Positions 14,372 to 28,733 of a stretch of 64,000 nucleotides of DNA are shown here, piece after piece. The DNA is from Mytilus edulis (lineage: Eukaryota): contig NC_092352.1 in the NCBI RefSeq assembly GCF_963676685.1, positions 31,434,001 to 31,498,000 of the forward strand. Reading direction: 5' to 3'. Position 1 is the stretch's first letter, and the number at the start of each line of letters is the position of its first letter. A program made the translations under genes and the position numbers. The notes below the pieces were generated by a model, which saw only the letters and a program-made list of their open reading frames with translations, ran no database searches and was not told the DNA's origin.

Positions 14372-15128
14372 TCTATAATACTAAAATTACGAGGTCCAAT
14401 TTGTCAGCCGTCATCACGTAAGAACGACGAATCAAAGAATTCAGCTTTATATATAACTAATATAGTACAAAGGTGTAGATTAAAAATTACACCACTCAAG
14501 GCCCTTTTGTTTTCCACGTAATTAATATTGCCAATAATTAAGAAGTTCCGGGTCGAGTCCGATACCGATGCCAATAGTATATTCACCTGTTACCTATCCT
14601 TATCTGTACGTTCTGCATCTAACAGGTGCACCACCAAACGGTGTATTTAGGATTATGCTATATACACGGATCATAATCACAGGGTTGACACTACTAAATT
14701 CAATCATTGTCAAATTGTTACCTATTGTAGTATTTTAATCAGTAAGACTTTCTAAGATAACAATACGAATACTAAAAATTTGGACTAAAAATAAGGTGTA
14801 TATAGGAACCGTTTTCAATTTGTTAGCAGGCATGACATAAAACTGTGAATCAAAGAATTCAACTTTATTTATAACTAACATATGACAATGCTGTTGATTA
14901 AAAAATACTCCATTCCAGGACCTTTTGTTATCCAAATAATTAATATTACCAATAATTGATAAGTTCCAGTTCGACGGGTTCAAACAGAAAGATTTGAAAG
15001 CAGAGAAAACTGTGTATCTTATAATCGGCATGACTTTATCAGATAAAAAATAATACTAAAATAAGGCTTGCGCATAGTTATATACTTTAATTCAGTCACG
15101 GACCCGCGATATCACGGGTGTGTTCTAG
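14372..15128 (+). mobile_element. Non-autonomous Helitron
   Basis: A|TCTATAATA 5' end. 3' hairpin ACCCGCGATATCACGGGT (15102-15119) followed by CTAG|T at 15125-15129, i.e. an AT target with no TSD. Internal ~190 bp diverged direct repeat (~14380-14550 vs ~14770-14970). Confidence 0.9.
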
Positions 15129-16994
15129 TTCAGATAATAAATATTGGACCTTGAAAAAAAAAATTAAAATTACAAAACAGTAATCATCTTGTCGACTCTT
15201 TCAAATAATCTTGTCGACGCACCCGGTCTTGATTTGTATTTTGATTATTCGATTTATGTGATTCGACATTGGTAAACTTCAGTTGTCTTAATATTATATA
15301 GATTGTTAAAAAATAAGTCATGAATTAGTTTCTGTTTTGTTTTCAAAATAGAAAGTAAATGTTCTCTGAAATAAGTTGCATACTATATGAATATAAGGAG
15401 ATAATGTGAATATTTCATCTGCTACTTATATAATTTATCATTTGACTATTTTTCAATTGAAAAAAATCTGTGTTTTCATTTATGATACATATCTTTATTG
15501 TTGAACTAGACATCAAACATAAGATGCTTTTATAAAGATCACAATTTTAGATATGATGGTTATTCATATTTTCGTTACTACATTTTTCATCTATCAATTT
15601 TACACATTACTAGTAAATCAAATAAAGAATTACATGTATCATGTTGTTTGAAAAATATTGCATGAACATCTAAAAGGTGACAAATTTATTTCTATTTTGA
15701 TATGAGATTGTTTACAGTATTCAATTCAAATAATTCAATTCATATCTTCCTATTTGAAATTCACAAACAAAAAAATCATCTGTAAGGTTAGGTAATACTT
15801 GTTTTAAGAAAATCAAATTAATAAAGAAAACATAAATAGGTAATTCCATTTTATCATTATACTTAATATGTTTATATTTTAAGTTTAAAGCTGGCCATAA
15901 TTAATTGATTTCAAATTTTTTAAAGTCCTTTACAAAGTTCAAATATGTTTACAATACCTTAAAATGTGCAATACATTTAGTGTATGTTATTTTAAAGTGT
16001 AGATTGTTATAATTAAATGATTTTATTGATATATAATAAAGGTTGTTATAAACTTTTGTATTCCTTCATTGTGATTTCCTGCAGGTAACAGCAATTCTCA
16101 AAACACAAATTGAGACAGTGTGAATAAGTTACACATTTAAATATTGTGAAAGGAACAATAGTACAGAAAACAAACATGAGACCCGTAGTAACATTGCTAA
16201 TTATGTTGGCATGTAAGAAATGAAAAATGATCCAGTGTTTAAACAAACAAAAAATCAGCTCAACAGGAAAGTGTCGACAAGGATAGTACTACCTCAAAAT
16301 ATCCTCAGATAGTAGAATTTAAGTTTACACGTTTTATGTTTGAAACCTTAACTTTAATTTCTGTAAAGAGTAATACCTGTAGATTTTTTACGGTCTCTGG
16401 TTTCTCTTCTTAAAAGCACATTTTGTCATGGCAGGATCAGGATCCTTTTGTAGCTCACTGTGGGATATTTGGGTCTGCTTGAATGATGTTTCAATCCGTA
16501 CAGTATCCTAAAGTCTCTGGTGGGTAGTTGTCTCATTGGCATTCATACCACATCGGCTTATTTTTTTTTTTTTATATTTGTAGACAATGTATTAATCGAT
16601 TTTTTGGTTTCAATTGCAATGCGTTTGTAATCCTCATGCTGACCAGCCCTCTTGACCTATGACATTGCAAGCTGCATCTTCGTGATAATTATGCATATTT
16701 AGTTGATAGACACCGATTAAAGCGATTGAATTTACTTTTGTTAAAGTTTTAATACAAAAAACTTAAACCGTGATCGTGTCATATGCAATTAAGAATACTC
16801 CTCTTGAAGGAAACAGCAAAATTTCTCTCTTTTTTCAATATCCTTTATGGTACACAATCATTTATCTGTTTCATGAAGATCTTTTCAAAGCTACGTACAT
16901 TTGTAAATCTTGGAGGTTGTACTTAGTTAATATAGCTGATTGACAAACCTCACACTTTGGGTAAATATATAAGTGTCATTATATATTTAGAAGT

Positions 16995-17245
16995 TTAGTG
17001 GTTGTCGTTTGTTGATGTGGTTCATAAGTGTTTCTCGTTTTTATGTAGATTAGATCGTATGTTTTCCCGTTTGAATGTATTTACACTAGTAATTTCTGGG
17101 GCCCTTTAAAGCTTGCTGTTCGGTGCGATCCAAGGCTTCGTGCTGATGACTGTACTTTGACCTATAATGATTTAATTTTACAAATTGTGACTTGGATGTA
17201 GGGTTGTCTCATTGGCACTCATACCACATCAACTTATATCTATAT
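16995..17245 (+). repeat. Longer copy of the cattggcactcataccacatc repeat family
   Basis: Shares agtggttgtcgtttg...ttgacctata...gttgtctcattggcactcataccacatc with 47831-48097 and 9205-9355. Confidence 0.75.
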
Positions 17246-17929
17246 ATATGTTGTTTTGTTTACGTACTGGTTTCAAGGTATGAATTCAATGTTTTATCTC
17301 ATATAGACAAAACTTGGGAATGTAACCAGCATAAATACATATAGCGTCGATATTGAATATTATATTAATATATATATTGAGGACCCAAAGTAATGTGTAT
17401 TACAAAATTTCAGTACAAGTTTAAACCTTTAGGAGATCAGGACATATATATGTTTAAAATGTGCCGCACATCCTTATGTTTTGACTTTTGAATAACATTG
17501 TAGTGCATTTCAACTTTCCATTCTAGGATATTATTTTTCACCAAACTTTATATTACAAGTAGCACACTTTTAGCCGTAAAGGGAATTACTATGGGGAATT
17601 GCATTGTTTATTTTTACAGAAGTGTAACCTAGAATCCAGAAATACATTTAAGAGAGATGTCTTTCCGTTTTTTAAGTTAATTTGCCCACATGAACTTCTA
17701 TTTATTGCAAAGGTAAAACATAGGGTTGTTTGGCATCTTTACAACATTTATAGGCCTCGAACGTCTAAGAGTTAAAAAAGTTTCTAAAATTCAATACTTT
17801 TTTCCTTTACTTTGAATCTTCCTGTAAATTCAATTTGACCGCTATCCAATTATAGCTGTAACGGTAACATTCTCATGTGGTATCCCTATGAGATAAAATA
17901 TGGAGATATATATATTTGTATATATATAT

Positions 17930-18076
17930 TTGTTTAGGGGCCAGCTGAAGCACGCCTCCGGGTGCGGGAATTTCTCGTTGCATTGAAGACCTGTTGGTGA
18001 CCTACTGCTGTTGTCTGTTCTATGGTCGGGTTGTTTTTCCTTTGACACATTTCCCATCTCGATTCTCAATTTTATC
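17930..18076 (+). mobile_element. SINE fragment (Nin/Deu-domain-like core)
   Basis: ggggccagctgaag..gcctccgggtgcgggaa..cattgaagacc..ctatggtcgggttgtt..tttgacacatt..ctcaatttta. An inverted copy lies at ~50366-50483. Confidence 0.65.
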
Positions 18077-19689
18077 ATATCTGTGAATCCGTTGTTTAAC
18101 AATGAATTATTACATATCTTTCTAAAAGAGTCGCGTTTTGTTAATCAGTTGTATTTACAATATAATTGTAAATGATTTTCAATCTGAAACGTCCATTTTG
18201 ATCTTAACATCAACTGAAAAGTATGAATTTATTATTAGTCATGTTCAGTCTTTTATGCAGTATGCAGACTAATCCACTGCTGTAAATTCATTACAATTCA
18301 GACAATCGTTTGATGTCAATTCAGTATTGTTCTGTATTTTTTTTTTAATTCAGCATGTTGATGGGATCATGTAAATAATAACTACTGAATATATACTGAA
18401 CATATCTCAATAGACTGCAGCTTTCCAGATGGTGCGCATTTATCAATTTGAAAAGATTTAACCTTTTTTTTAAATTTTACAGGTTAAGGGGCCAGCATTA
18501 GTTTTTCTCAGTCACACAGTAAAAGAAAACAGGATATCTAGATTTTGCAATAAAGCTAATCAATAGCACAAACATGGTTTCATCTAGCAGAAATATAAGT
18601 AACACAATTTTCTGCCAATAAGATAGAATTGTTTTGTACTATTTTGAGTCAAACCCTTTTCTAAAATTAAATGGTTGATATTTGTAAATTAGAGGTCTAG
18701 TATACCAGAGGAAAGTCGACAATCTCATGAAAAAGACAAAAAAACATAACGAAAAGACAAACAACAATATACTGAAATGATGAGTTTATTCTATATACAA
18801 CATAGAAAAATAAAGACTGAGCAACACGAAGGCACCGTAGTGGTTAGTTGTTTCTATTCGTAAAATAATCCATGATATGAGATTAACGCTCCAACTTCAT
18901 AATATTCTAAGAATACTTCACATATTTGTTCTCGACCATTTTGGTTTTAATGTATTAATTTTTGTAATTTATTACAGAAACATGCGTCGGTGCTTTTAAA
19001 TCGATGTCTATGTTTTATTGACAAATCATTCTAATATATTATCTAAACAGTATTGGTTTGTATTTTGTTTTGATTCCTACGCTGAAAAGATGCTAGTCAT
19101 TTCGACTTTTTTGATTGTCCAATACTGCACATAATTTGTTTTGTTAAATTTGCCTACACATAAATGTCTCTACCATAACTAATTCTGGATCGCTAAACAT
19201 ATCTGTCCAAGACTAGCACATCATAAAATAGTGCAATAAAGGTATAGGCTATAGGCTGTTAATATTGGTTATGCAATTTTTTCATAGGAACTCCTTTAAC
19301 TGCTTAAACTACCACTTTTACTATGAAGTTTTGAAAAAAAATGTATCCTAGAGTTTAAACGAACACTAAATTTAATAACTACCCCTATATTGGCTTTAGG
19401 ACTACCGCAGATTTCAATTCACCAATATGCATATGCATATTTACTGGTAACATTCCCAAGTTATGTCTCTATGATATAAAACATAGAGATCATAACTGGG
19501 AACCAGTAGGTAAACAAAATTGATTTTCTATGAATATAACATATCTCCCCAACGAGGCGTGGTTTGAGCGCTCACTAATGAGTCTTTTGTAGACAAAACG
19601 CGAGTCTGGCGCAAATATATATTTTTGATCCTGGTATCTATGATGATTTCAATGGGAAATTAGCAATTTCACTGTACCTATACATATGA

Positions 19690-20320
19690 GGGTCGGTTGA
19701 AAACAAAACTTTACGACAAAAGAAACGATTTCAGCTTTTCCGTTGTAAACTTTCCATTTCTAAGTAGTAACATTCCAGCAGCACCTTCATACGGGGTATA
19801 TATCTCCCAATGGATACGATATTCCCGTGCATGTATTTCATATCATGATTTTCTTGATAGAGGGTTGCTGCTTTCAAGGAAGCTATTAAACCAAGAGTTC
19901 CAAATGGTGAAGTTGAAATCATCCCTTCGTAAATTTAACGGACACTATCACGAGTTGGTTGACCGTAACTGAATAACCGTTTCACAGATGATATCGAATA
20001 TGTTCCTTACGTCGTAACTACAATCCCCTTCCCTTTCATGAATGTGACCTACCGAATTAGACTTTTTCCCGGATTTGTTATAACATGAGCAACACGACGG
20101 GTGCAACATGTGGAGCAGTATATGCTTACCCTTCCGGAGCACCTGAGATCACCCCTAGTTTTTGGTGGGGTTCGTGTTGCTTATTCTTTATTTTTTTTTA
20201 TGTACTGTCATGTGCACTATTGTTTGTATGTTTGTCTTTTTCATTTTTAGCCATGGCTTTGTCAGTAAATTTTCGATTTATGAGTTTGACTTTCCCTGAT
20301 GGTATCTTTCGTCTCTCTTC
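19690..20320 (+). mobile_element. Penelope-like element 3' fragment (RT C-terminus plus non-coding tail)
   Basis: LKTKLYDKRNDFSFSVVNFPFLSSNIPAAPSYGVYISQWIRYSRAC is typical of the PLE RT thumb region. The downstream tail recurs at ~23720-23960, ~58300-58420 and inverted at ~58835-59142. Confidence 0.8.
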
Positions 20321-20968
20321 TAAAAGAATCCGTTATTCAAATTGTTGAAGTTGGGGGTCAAAACGAGGGGTATTTTTCAACGTAAAATTTAAGAATCTAT
20401 CAAAATTTTACATCCTTTTTTGCAATAGTAGTACATATTTCGCATCATTTTCCAGATCGAACAGGATATATATTACCCTGCAAAATTAATGTATTGTTCA
20501 ATAATTCTGGTCTGGTTCTTAAACGTTCATGTTTGCAGCTGAACGTAGAAAAAACCTACAAAACAATCAATGAAAATAGTCGCACATCAATGATGATTTC
20601 GAAAACTGTTTTGTTAAAAATGTTCATATTAGTACAAACCAACAACTCCCCATGACCAAGGAAACTATTTTTCACTAAACATATATAAGGAAACTCACAA
20701 ATCATTAATAACTGCAACACCCCTTTGTCATCCTTTCTTATCAAAAGCCTTTTGGTGTTTCCAACACAGGGACATAGAGTCAATCCTTTTTTAGATTCAA
20801 TTGGGAGTAGACACCGCTAAACTGAAACATATCTTACCTCGTTGTATTGCCTTTATTTCATTTTATACAAGAAATAAAGGAAGAAAATAACAAGGGATCA
20901 AACAAAACTCCAAGTCGAAAAAATGGACAGTGACATGGTAAAAAAAATTCTTTGTTTTTTATGGTATA

Positions 20969-21170
20969 TAAAGGCAACAGTAGTATACCGCTGTTCAAAC
21001 TCATAAATCCATGGACAAAAAACAAAATCGGGGTAACAAAGTAAAACTGACGGAAACGCATAAATATAAGAGAACAACGACACAACACTACAATGTAACT
21101 AACACACACAGAAACGGACCAAGCATCAGACAAAATCCCACGAGAATAACAAATATAACATCAAAACCAA
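20969..21170 (+). repeat. Dispersed repeat family beginning aaaggcaacagtagtataccgctgttc
   Basis: Copies at ~22177-22485(-), ~28734-29700(+), ~30594-30995(+), ~44630-45230(-) and ~49772-50265(+). Confidence 0.85.
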
Positions 21171-22709
21171 TTTTATAAGGTATACACGTTTTGTTTAACT
21201 TTTGAGCAGCATTCAGAATTTTGGAATATCTGTTCACAAAACATCTTTTTGTCGTTGTTAGCTATTGATATTATATGCTTAAATATAGTAGTATCTATAA
21301 CTTAATAGAAAATATCCATCGCTATCAATAAAGACACTACGAATTAAATTGTGTGTAAAAACTTATTACAACAAATTATTGTTTCAGTTGTTTTGAAATT
21401 ACATATTTTGTTTTCGTAATTGTCTTTGGGTGTTCTTTGATGGTTAAATTACACAAATGATATCCATATTGATAAAATATATGCGAGTAAAATTCATTGC
21501 ATATGGGTTTTTGACGTGATGAAAGATATAACTCATACCTCGCAAATCACTTAACTTGTGAAGCATACACCAGCAGCGTCAAGTCATGAATTCTTTATTT
21601 ACGATCCTGAGAAAAAGGGATCTAGATCTTGAATAACTCAATTATTTTAACAACCATCGCAGTAAAAATTGTCAGAATGAATTTCATCTTCTGTTTTATG
21701 ACGAAGTTCGTGTCGTTAACATTTATGATAGATTACTCGTTCGCTTAATATTCATTTCTCAACATGGAATACTTCTGGTTAAAGATTGCACAATTTGATT
21801 TCTATTCATGTAAAACTCGCTGACGTCTGACAGAGAGTGTCAAGACTATTTAGAGATATAATACCCACGAGTACAATTTCTTACTGAATACATTGATGTT
21901 ATCAAACAATTACGACTTCCCGTTTTTGGTCACGAACGTTTGTAATGGTTGTAATGCTAAAGGCAAGCAACGCTGATTTAAGAATCTGTCATTAAATAAA
22001 TATAACTTTCATAATTTCCACGAAAATGTGTTTTGCTGTATTCGTTACGTTTTTATGTTCACAAGAAATGAAACATTTACATAAAGAAATTATGTTTCTA
22101 ACAAATATTCAACCTTGCGCGCAACAAAAGGCATAAATATCAAAATAAAAACAATCAACCTAATATGATAACATTTTAACGTTGTGTTTCCGTTGTGTCG
22201 TTTGTTTTCTCTTATATTTGAGTGTGAATTCACATTACTATAATACGTGTCACGGTACTTTTCTATCCCAAATTCATGTATTTGGTTTTGATGTTATATT
22301 TGTTATTCTCATCTGATTTTGTCTAATGCTTAGTCCGTTTCTGTGTATGTTACATTTTAATGTTGTGTCGTTGTTCTCCTCTTATATTTAATGCGTTTCC
22401 CTCAGTTTTAGTTTGTTACCCCAATTTTGTTATTTGTCCATAGATTTACGAGTTTTGAACAGCGGTATACTACTGTTGCCTTTATAGATTCATGTTTTGA
22501 GTGCTGATCTGTTGTATCATGATTCTTTTAATAGGTTGTTCTTGTAATTAAAAATGGTCATACACTTACAAAATATCTGTGTTAAAAGTTGTTAAATATG
22601 CTACTCAAATTTTTCGAAATCATGTGCTTTTTTTTGTCATACTTGTTCAATGGATTTTATCTGCTTAACAACTAAACTGAAAACAAAACTGAAGAACAAC
22701 CATTTACTT

Positions 22710-23155
22710 TAACCATGTTTGGCACAACTTTTTGAAATTATGGGTCCTCAATGCTCTTCAACTTTGCACTTGTTTGGATTTATAACCCTTTTGGTCTATT
22801 TACACCACTGGGTCGATACCACTGCTGGTGAACGTTACGTCCCCGAGGGTATCACCAGCCCAGTAGTCAGCACTTCGGTGTTGACATGAATATCAATTAT
22901 ATGGTCATTTTAATAAATTTCCCTGTTGACAAAACTTTAAATGTTTCGAAAAACTAAGGATTTTCTTATCCCAGGAATAGATTACCTTAGCCATATTTGG
23001 CATAACGTTTTGGAATTATGGGTCCTCAAAGCTGTTCAACTTTGTACTTGTTTGGTTTTATTACTATTTTGATCTGAGCGTCACTGATAAGTCTTATGTA
23101 GACGAGACGCGCGTCTGGCGTATTAAGTCATAATCCTGGTACCTTTGATAACTAT
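22710..23155 (+). mobile_element. Non-autonomous repeat with decayed type I hammerhead ribozyme motif
   Basis: Internal direct repeat (tttggca.aac..ttt.gaa.ttatgggtcctcaa.gct.ttcaactttg.acttgtttgg). Hammerhead-like motif GAGCGTCA-CTGATAA-GTCT tatgt AGAC-GAGA-CGCGCG-TC-TGGCGT at 23076-23121. Confidence 0.65.
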
Positions 23156-26100
23156 TCGTCCCTTATATCTCCCTTTTATTCAAAGTAATAAACCGGCGAG
23201 CACAAACTTGCAATTTTAGTCTTTAACTGTAAATAGTATTATAGATTTTTGGTAAACAAAAATCTGTTACACTGGTGTATTTAATAATATAGCAAAAATA
23301 CCCCAGACAATTTAAAATATGTGAAAAAAATATTATGTATCGAGTGTTGAATTCTGTAGTTGCTCAGCAGTCGATGTTGTTAGTCATTTATGTCTTTGTT
23401 GTAGCTATATTTATGCAGAATTTTAAATATATTACAAGTTTCAAAAATAAAAAATGAAGAACGGTTAGGAAACATGTTAAAATATTTGATACCTGTCATA
23501 TAATGTTTTTAAATAGATACACGAAGGATAGTATTGCCAAGTCGTTTTAATATAACTGTGATGTCATTGCGACATTATTATCATGTTATAATTGACATAA
23601 AAATGATTATTTTTTGTATAGATTTTGAATTTGACTAATTATGACATATGATTTAAGATAAACCGATATTTTACTATCATTACCACCTTTGCCTCGGACG
23701 CCTTTATGGGTTGGTTTACTGGTATAGCTAATCTGTTTCACAGATGACAATGAATATGTTCATATTGTCTTAACTACAATTCCGTCCTCATTTCCTTGAA
23801 TGAGACCAACCGAATTAAACTTACCCCCGGGATTCTACTAACATGAGTAACACGACAGTTGCCACATGTGAGGTACGCTCTGCTTACCTTCCCGATCCCC
23901 TGTGATCACCCGCAGTTTTGGTTTATTTTCGACTTATGAGTGTGAATGTCCATTTGTATCATTCTCGCTGTTGTTTATATCTATAACATTATTTCTAAAA
24001 CTATTCTAAAATTTATCAACTTCGTTAGCTTTTATTCCTAAAAATGCCAGACAAGAGTTCATAAAATTTGAAACCAAATATAAAGGCAACAGTAGTCTAC
24101 TAGTGTTCAAATAACATTCTCCCCTTTGATAGTTTTGAAAAATTATGATTGTATCTAAATTTAATTAAAACATTATAATCGGAGTAAGTGATTTTGAACT
24201 TCTTTTACCATATAAAACAATTTCAGCTATTGCGTTTCTGAAGTGTTTTAGAATGTACTATATGTAGATTATATAAAGTGTCACATATTAACATAATTGT
24301 TAAATAAGTGTTATTTGTTGAGATGGGTTAGAATAGGCAAAAACAAATAAATGTACCCGTTATAAAAAGCTGGAATACATAACTGTAAGTGTCATTAGGA
24401 CCAAACTAATGAAATAGGCCTGAAAACAAAACAAAATTTGATCTACAATAATTCTTAGTTCTGTCATCTTTAAATTCCTTGTTTATTAAGAAATTAAGAC
24501 GCTTCCGAGTTTGACGTTGAAGACCATAGCGGTATTTCAAATGAATACATTCTAAGTGTAAATTGATGTTAACATTCGTACCCAAGCATCTTTCGGCATA
24601 ATGCTTTAAGTTATGCAAACCGCTTCGGTTTTTATTCAATGTTATCGGATAATTGAATAAGTGCTTGTAAAAAAATATTGAATCTTTCATTGAAAAAAGC
24701 TTAAACAACTATCGTTTCCGTTACTTTTTCGATTTCATTAAAACATCTGTCTGTATTTTCTTAATCTGTTAATTACTAAGCATGACGATTTTTTCTAGTG
24801 ATGGCTGAGAGACCTTATACTGTTAAATTTCATTATCTATAATCATTAGAAGAAATAACGAAATGAATTATTGTTTTTCTTGTCAGTGTATAGAATATTG
24901 TCGGTAACATTGTTTTACGCGCATGTCTGACAATGCATTTTAAGCGTGATAATCAATGTATTTGACAATAATATCCTTTTATATAACCATCTGTCGACTC
25001 TCTGTTAAATTTGAAACAAATGAGTCGGTTGGACAAACCTTATTGTTTCTTTTTCCCCTAGGAATGCTGTCTAACGTTTTACACATCAGATGAAATGGTG
25101 GAGCCCGTTGTTTAATTATTACAAATAATAACTTGAGATTTCTGATATTTCGGATGATTGAAATCAAATTAGTCTTTTATATTTCTTTTTATCGTCATAT
25201 AATCTCGCATTTCAATTTGATGTCATCCCTCATGTTATGCATGTCATATTACTCAATTATCCCATCTATCATCATCGCGTATCTTTTGTCAGAAGGAACA
25301 GAAGTTAAAATGAATTTACAGATAACTTACAATTTGGGAGTATACAAAATATTTAGTATGCTTTTGTTGACGAATTAGTTTATGGAGACTTCTGTCCATA
25401 GTATCGATTATTTGTTCTTCTGTTTGGTTATTTGCTCCACAGATTTGTTGCAAACTTATAATAATAACAAGGCACAAGAATAAAGAATTGCCTTCATAAC
25501 GTTAATAGACAATAGCAGTCATACATTGAGTCTAATCGTATTCCTAGAATATGTATTTGTAGCTGCACAACAATGTTATTACTTAGACACTCATTAACAT
25601 AGAACAGCTTCCATTAATTTAAATGTGCAAATACTGCATTCTGCAAAATGCTCAAAATTGAAAATAAAATCATGAAAAGCTATAAGAAACAAATAAGATG
25701 ATGAAGTAACATTAGCCAGTTGTTCAGTAAGGATAAAACTCATTTGTTTGGGTTGGCTATTGAATAAAAGGTATTTTGTATGAATGATATAGAAAGGTAA
25801 CTTATAATTTGCTCTTATAAAACTTTGTTACTGATCGACCTATGAACTAGAACATTTATGTATATTAAAGCGAGCTAAATTCATATTGTTTACTACAACA
25901 CGAACTCCACTATTTCGGTCGCGAATAACTTAACTTGAAATTATCGAATTTGAATTTCAATCTTTACCATTACATCTTTCTATTATTTTTTTTATTATTT
26001 GAGTTTTATTTTATTGATTTTTTTTGGTTGTGTATCCTGTATGGTGTCGGCACTATTTTCAACTCCACCAAACCGGTCGAAATAGACTACCGTAGTTCTA

Positions 26101-28596
26101 TGTTGAAGGGATATGAAAGCGCATCCGTCTTGTATGTACAAACTGTAAGCGTGGTGCACCTTGTAGTAAAATAAAAGAGTCAGCAGTCTCTCGGATAACT
26201 CAACTTGAACTTTATCTATTAGACGAAGCAGAGAAAATTGTAAATTAAGAATACATTATGATATTAACGAAGCAAGTAAATATAATCCAAGTGGAGAAGT
26301 ATGCTTGAGATCATCCATTCAATTTACCTTATGTAGTACTTATCCGGGCATCTGCACAATCATACTAGATTAAAAACCTAGGTTATTTATTTTCCTGACT
26401 AATACACGAAATAGATCTTTTATTTCATTAACAGATATATCTCAAGATGTCTGTCACAAAGATGAAATGGATTAAGTTCCTGTTTGTAGCACATGTAATG
26501 CAAATAGAGTTAGAGCTACGGACAACTCGAACTGTCATGTTTCCTTCTAACAACATGACAAGCACTAGATTCCTCAAACAGAGATATCATCAGTATAACG
26601 GCTTGATTACAAGTCCTTCGCGACAAAATTACATTACTTTTAACAATCTGGGATCGGTATATTGAAATTAATCGGCTGAAATAAATTCCTACATCTGATT
26701 CTTCATCAGACGTAGTTGATATTAGCTTTTAAAAATATTAGTCTGTGTTAGATGTCACTAACTATGTCAAACAATATGGAAATTTAAAGTTACCACATCG
26801 TAGATATACACCCTACTTTTTTTTAGGTATTTATGAAATATCGTTTTCAGTTCAATCAGCAAATTACAATCAAAGGAAATTGAACTGATTTTAACAGAAA
26901 AATAAAAAAATAACGTGTACTTGTACGGTAGTAAACATCTCACGTGACAACGAGTTTGAACGAGCAACAGCAGTCAAATAAAATCACAAGTAAACAAACA
27001 AATTTGATAACACAAAAACAAATTAATATAGTTTTCATTTTTTTGTTTAATACTTTTAAACATGACGATATTGATTTATAATGTTTAAATAAAAGCTAAT
27101 TGTTTACTGGTAGTCTTTCATTTGTATACATCTATAGGACTCGGTCTTGTGATTCATTTTCGAAGAATAATTCACTTTACCATTGTTTGAACTAGATTCA
27201 TCACCATTTCACAGGAAAACTGTACTTATAACAACAATTTCTAGCCTTGTCTGTAGTTACTCGTATTGATTATTGCATAAGTAATTATAACCTTGCATTT
27301 TGTGTAACCTTATACATATTCATACAGTCTGTTTTGAAACATATAATTCCAAACCTCTAACATTCACAATTAATATAAAAAAATCCTCACCATTGACGCA
27401 TGGTCAATTCTGATCAATACTGTTGATAAGACAATAACAATCAAAACCAAGGAGTAAACAAAGACTAAAAAAACCAAAGGACATTTACATCAACAGTTAT
27501 AAATAATGAATAAAAAACAACACAAACTCCACTAAAAACCGGGAGTGAAATCAGGTGCTCCGGATATCAAATCAAATAACATTAAATCAAATTATGAGAA
27601 AAAGCCGATGCACAATAAAGCCTTTTATATAAAAAGACCAGGAAATGTTTTGAGATTGTCCTCTTTTACAGCATCAGAGTCATGACGGCACTAACTTGGT
27701 AACTTGACAGTATTCGTTTTTTTTCTTAGAACATTCAAGTTGAACACAAAACAGTAATCATAAGGGACTTGATTAGTAGTCAACTCTTTTAAAAGTCCAA
27801 GAAGAAAGTTAACATACTAAGAACCGTCCCTTCTGGTTCTTTTAAAAAAAAATATCCTGACTGTTTAATTCGAAGTTGGGTAGAGTCAATATCATTCAAA
27901 TTTATGCCTGATTTTGTAATGCAGCAAATGTCTTATAATAGTGGTTTTCCAGTCTTACTTTGACAGATTTCGTTATGTTTCATGTGCTTTCCCTTTTTTA
28001 ATAATCTTGTTCGGTATTTTTTGCTAATACATTTGTACATTTTCACATAATTGTAAACTAATCACCATTCAAAAAATATCATGGGTATCAATCGCACTAT
28101 ACAATCTTATACTTATAGGGTTCGTTATATTATTAGTAATATTATTAGTTGTAGTTGTAAATTATCTAGATGTTGATCTCTGTCAGAAGAGAAGAAGCTG
28201 TTTCTAAATGTAATGTATGCGATGTACCACTCAGAATCATGTCTCTGTAAAACGAATATTGTCTTCGAAAAAGAAAAAGAAAATTACTTATTTTAGAATT
28301 AAATAAACAGCACATACTAATATATTTTATAAATACATGCAAGAGACTGCAGTTATGAAACTATTTTTTAGAGTAAAATTTATCGATTTTCCAACATTAT
28401 TCAACATACAAATTTACAATGTATATTTATTATGGATAACTATTCAAGTACATGTATACTATTTCATATACATGTACTGTGGATTTCTGGTTTGTGCATC
28501 CATTCGTCTCAAGTCACGAGTCTAACGAATTTTTTTAGTAATCAATGAAATTTATTATCATATCCAAAATAATTCTTTCGGTCATTCTTAATTTTA

Positions 28597-28690
28597 TGTG
28601 TCCTAAATTGTAGATGAGTTACATTTTAGACGCTTGTTACCTTTGTTGTGTCCTAAAGTGTAGATGAGTTACCTTTTAGACGCTTGTTAC
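28597..28690. repeat. Tandem duplication (2 x ~50 bp)
   Basis: tgtgtcctaaa.tgtagatgagttac.ttttagacgcttgttac occurs twice. Confidence 0.8.
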
Positions 28691-28733
28691 TCTCTGCACT
28701 GACATTCTTCCACTATTTTTTTTCACGTATAAA

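Noticed and set aside
20085-21133. Recurring short Cys/Phe-rich ORFs (also 28760, 29176, 44636, 45076, 58826)
   Set aside because: Chance translations of dispersed non-coding repeats.
28597-28690. CRISPR-like repeat-spacer pattern
   Set aside because: Only two adjacent units, no unique spacers, and a eukaryotic context.
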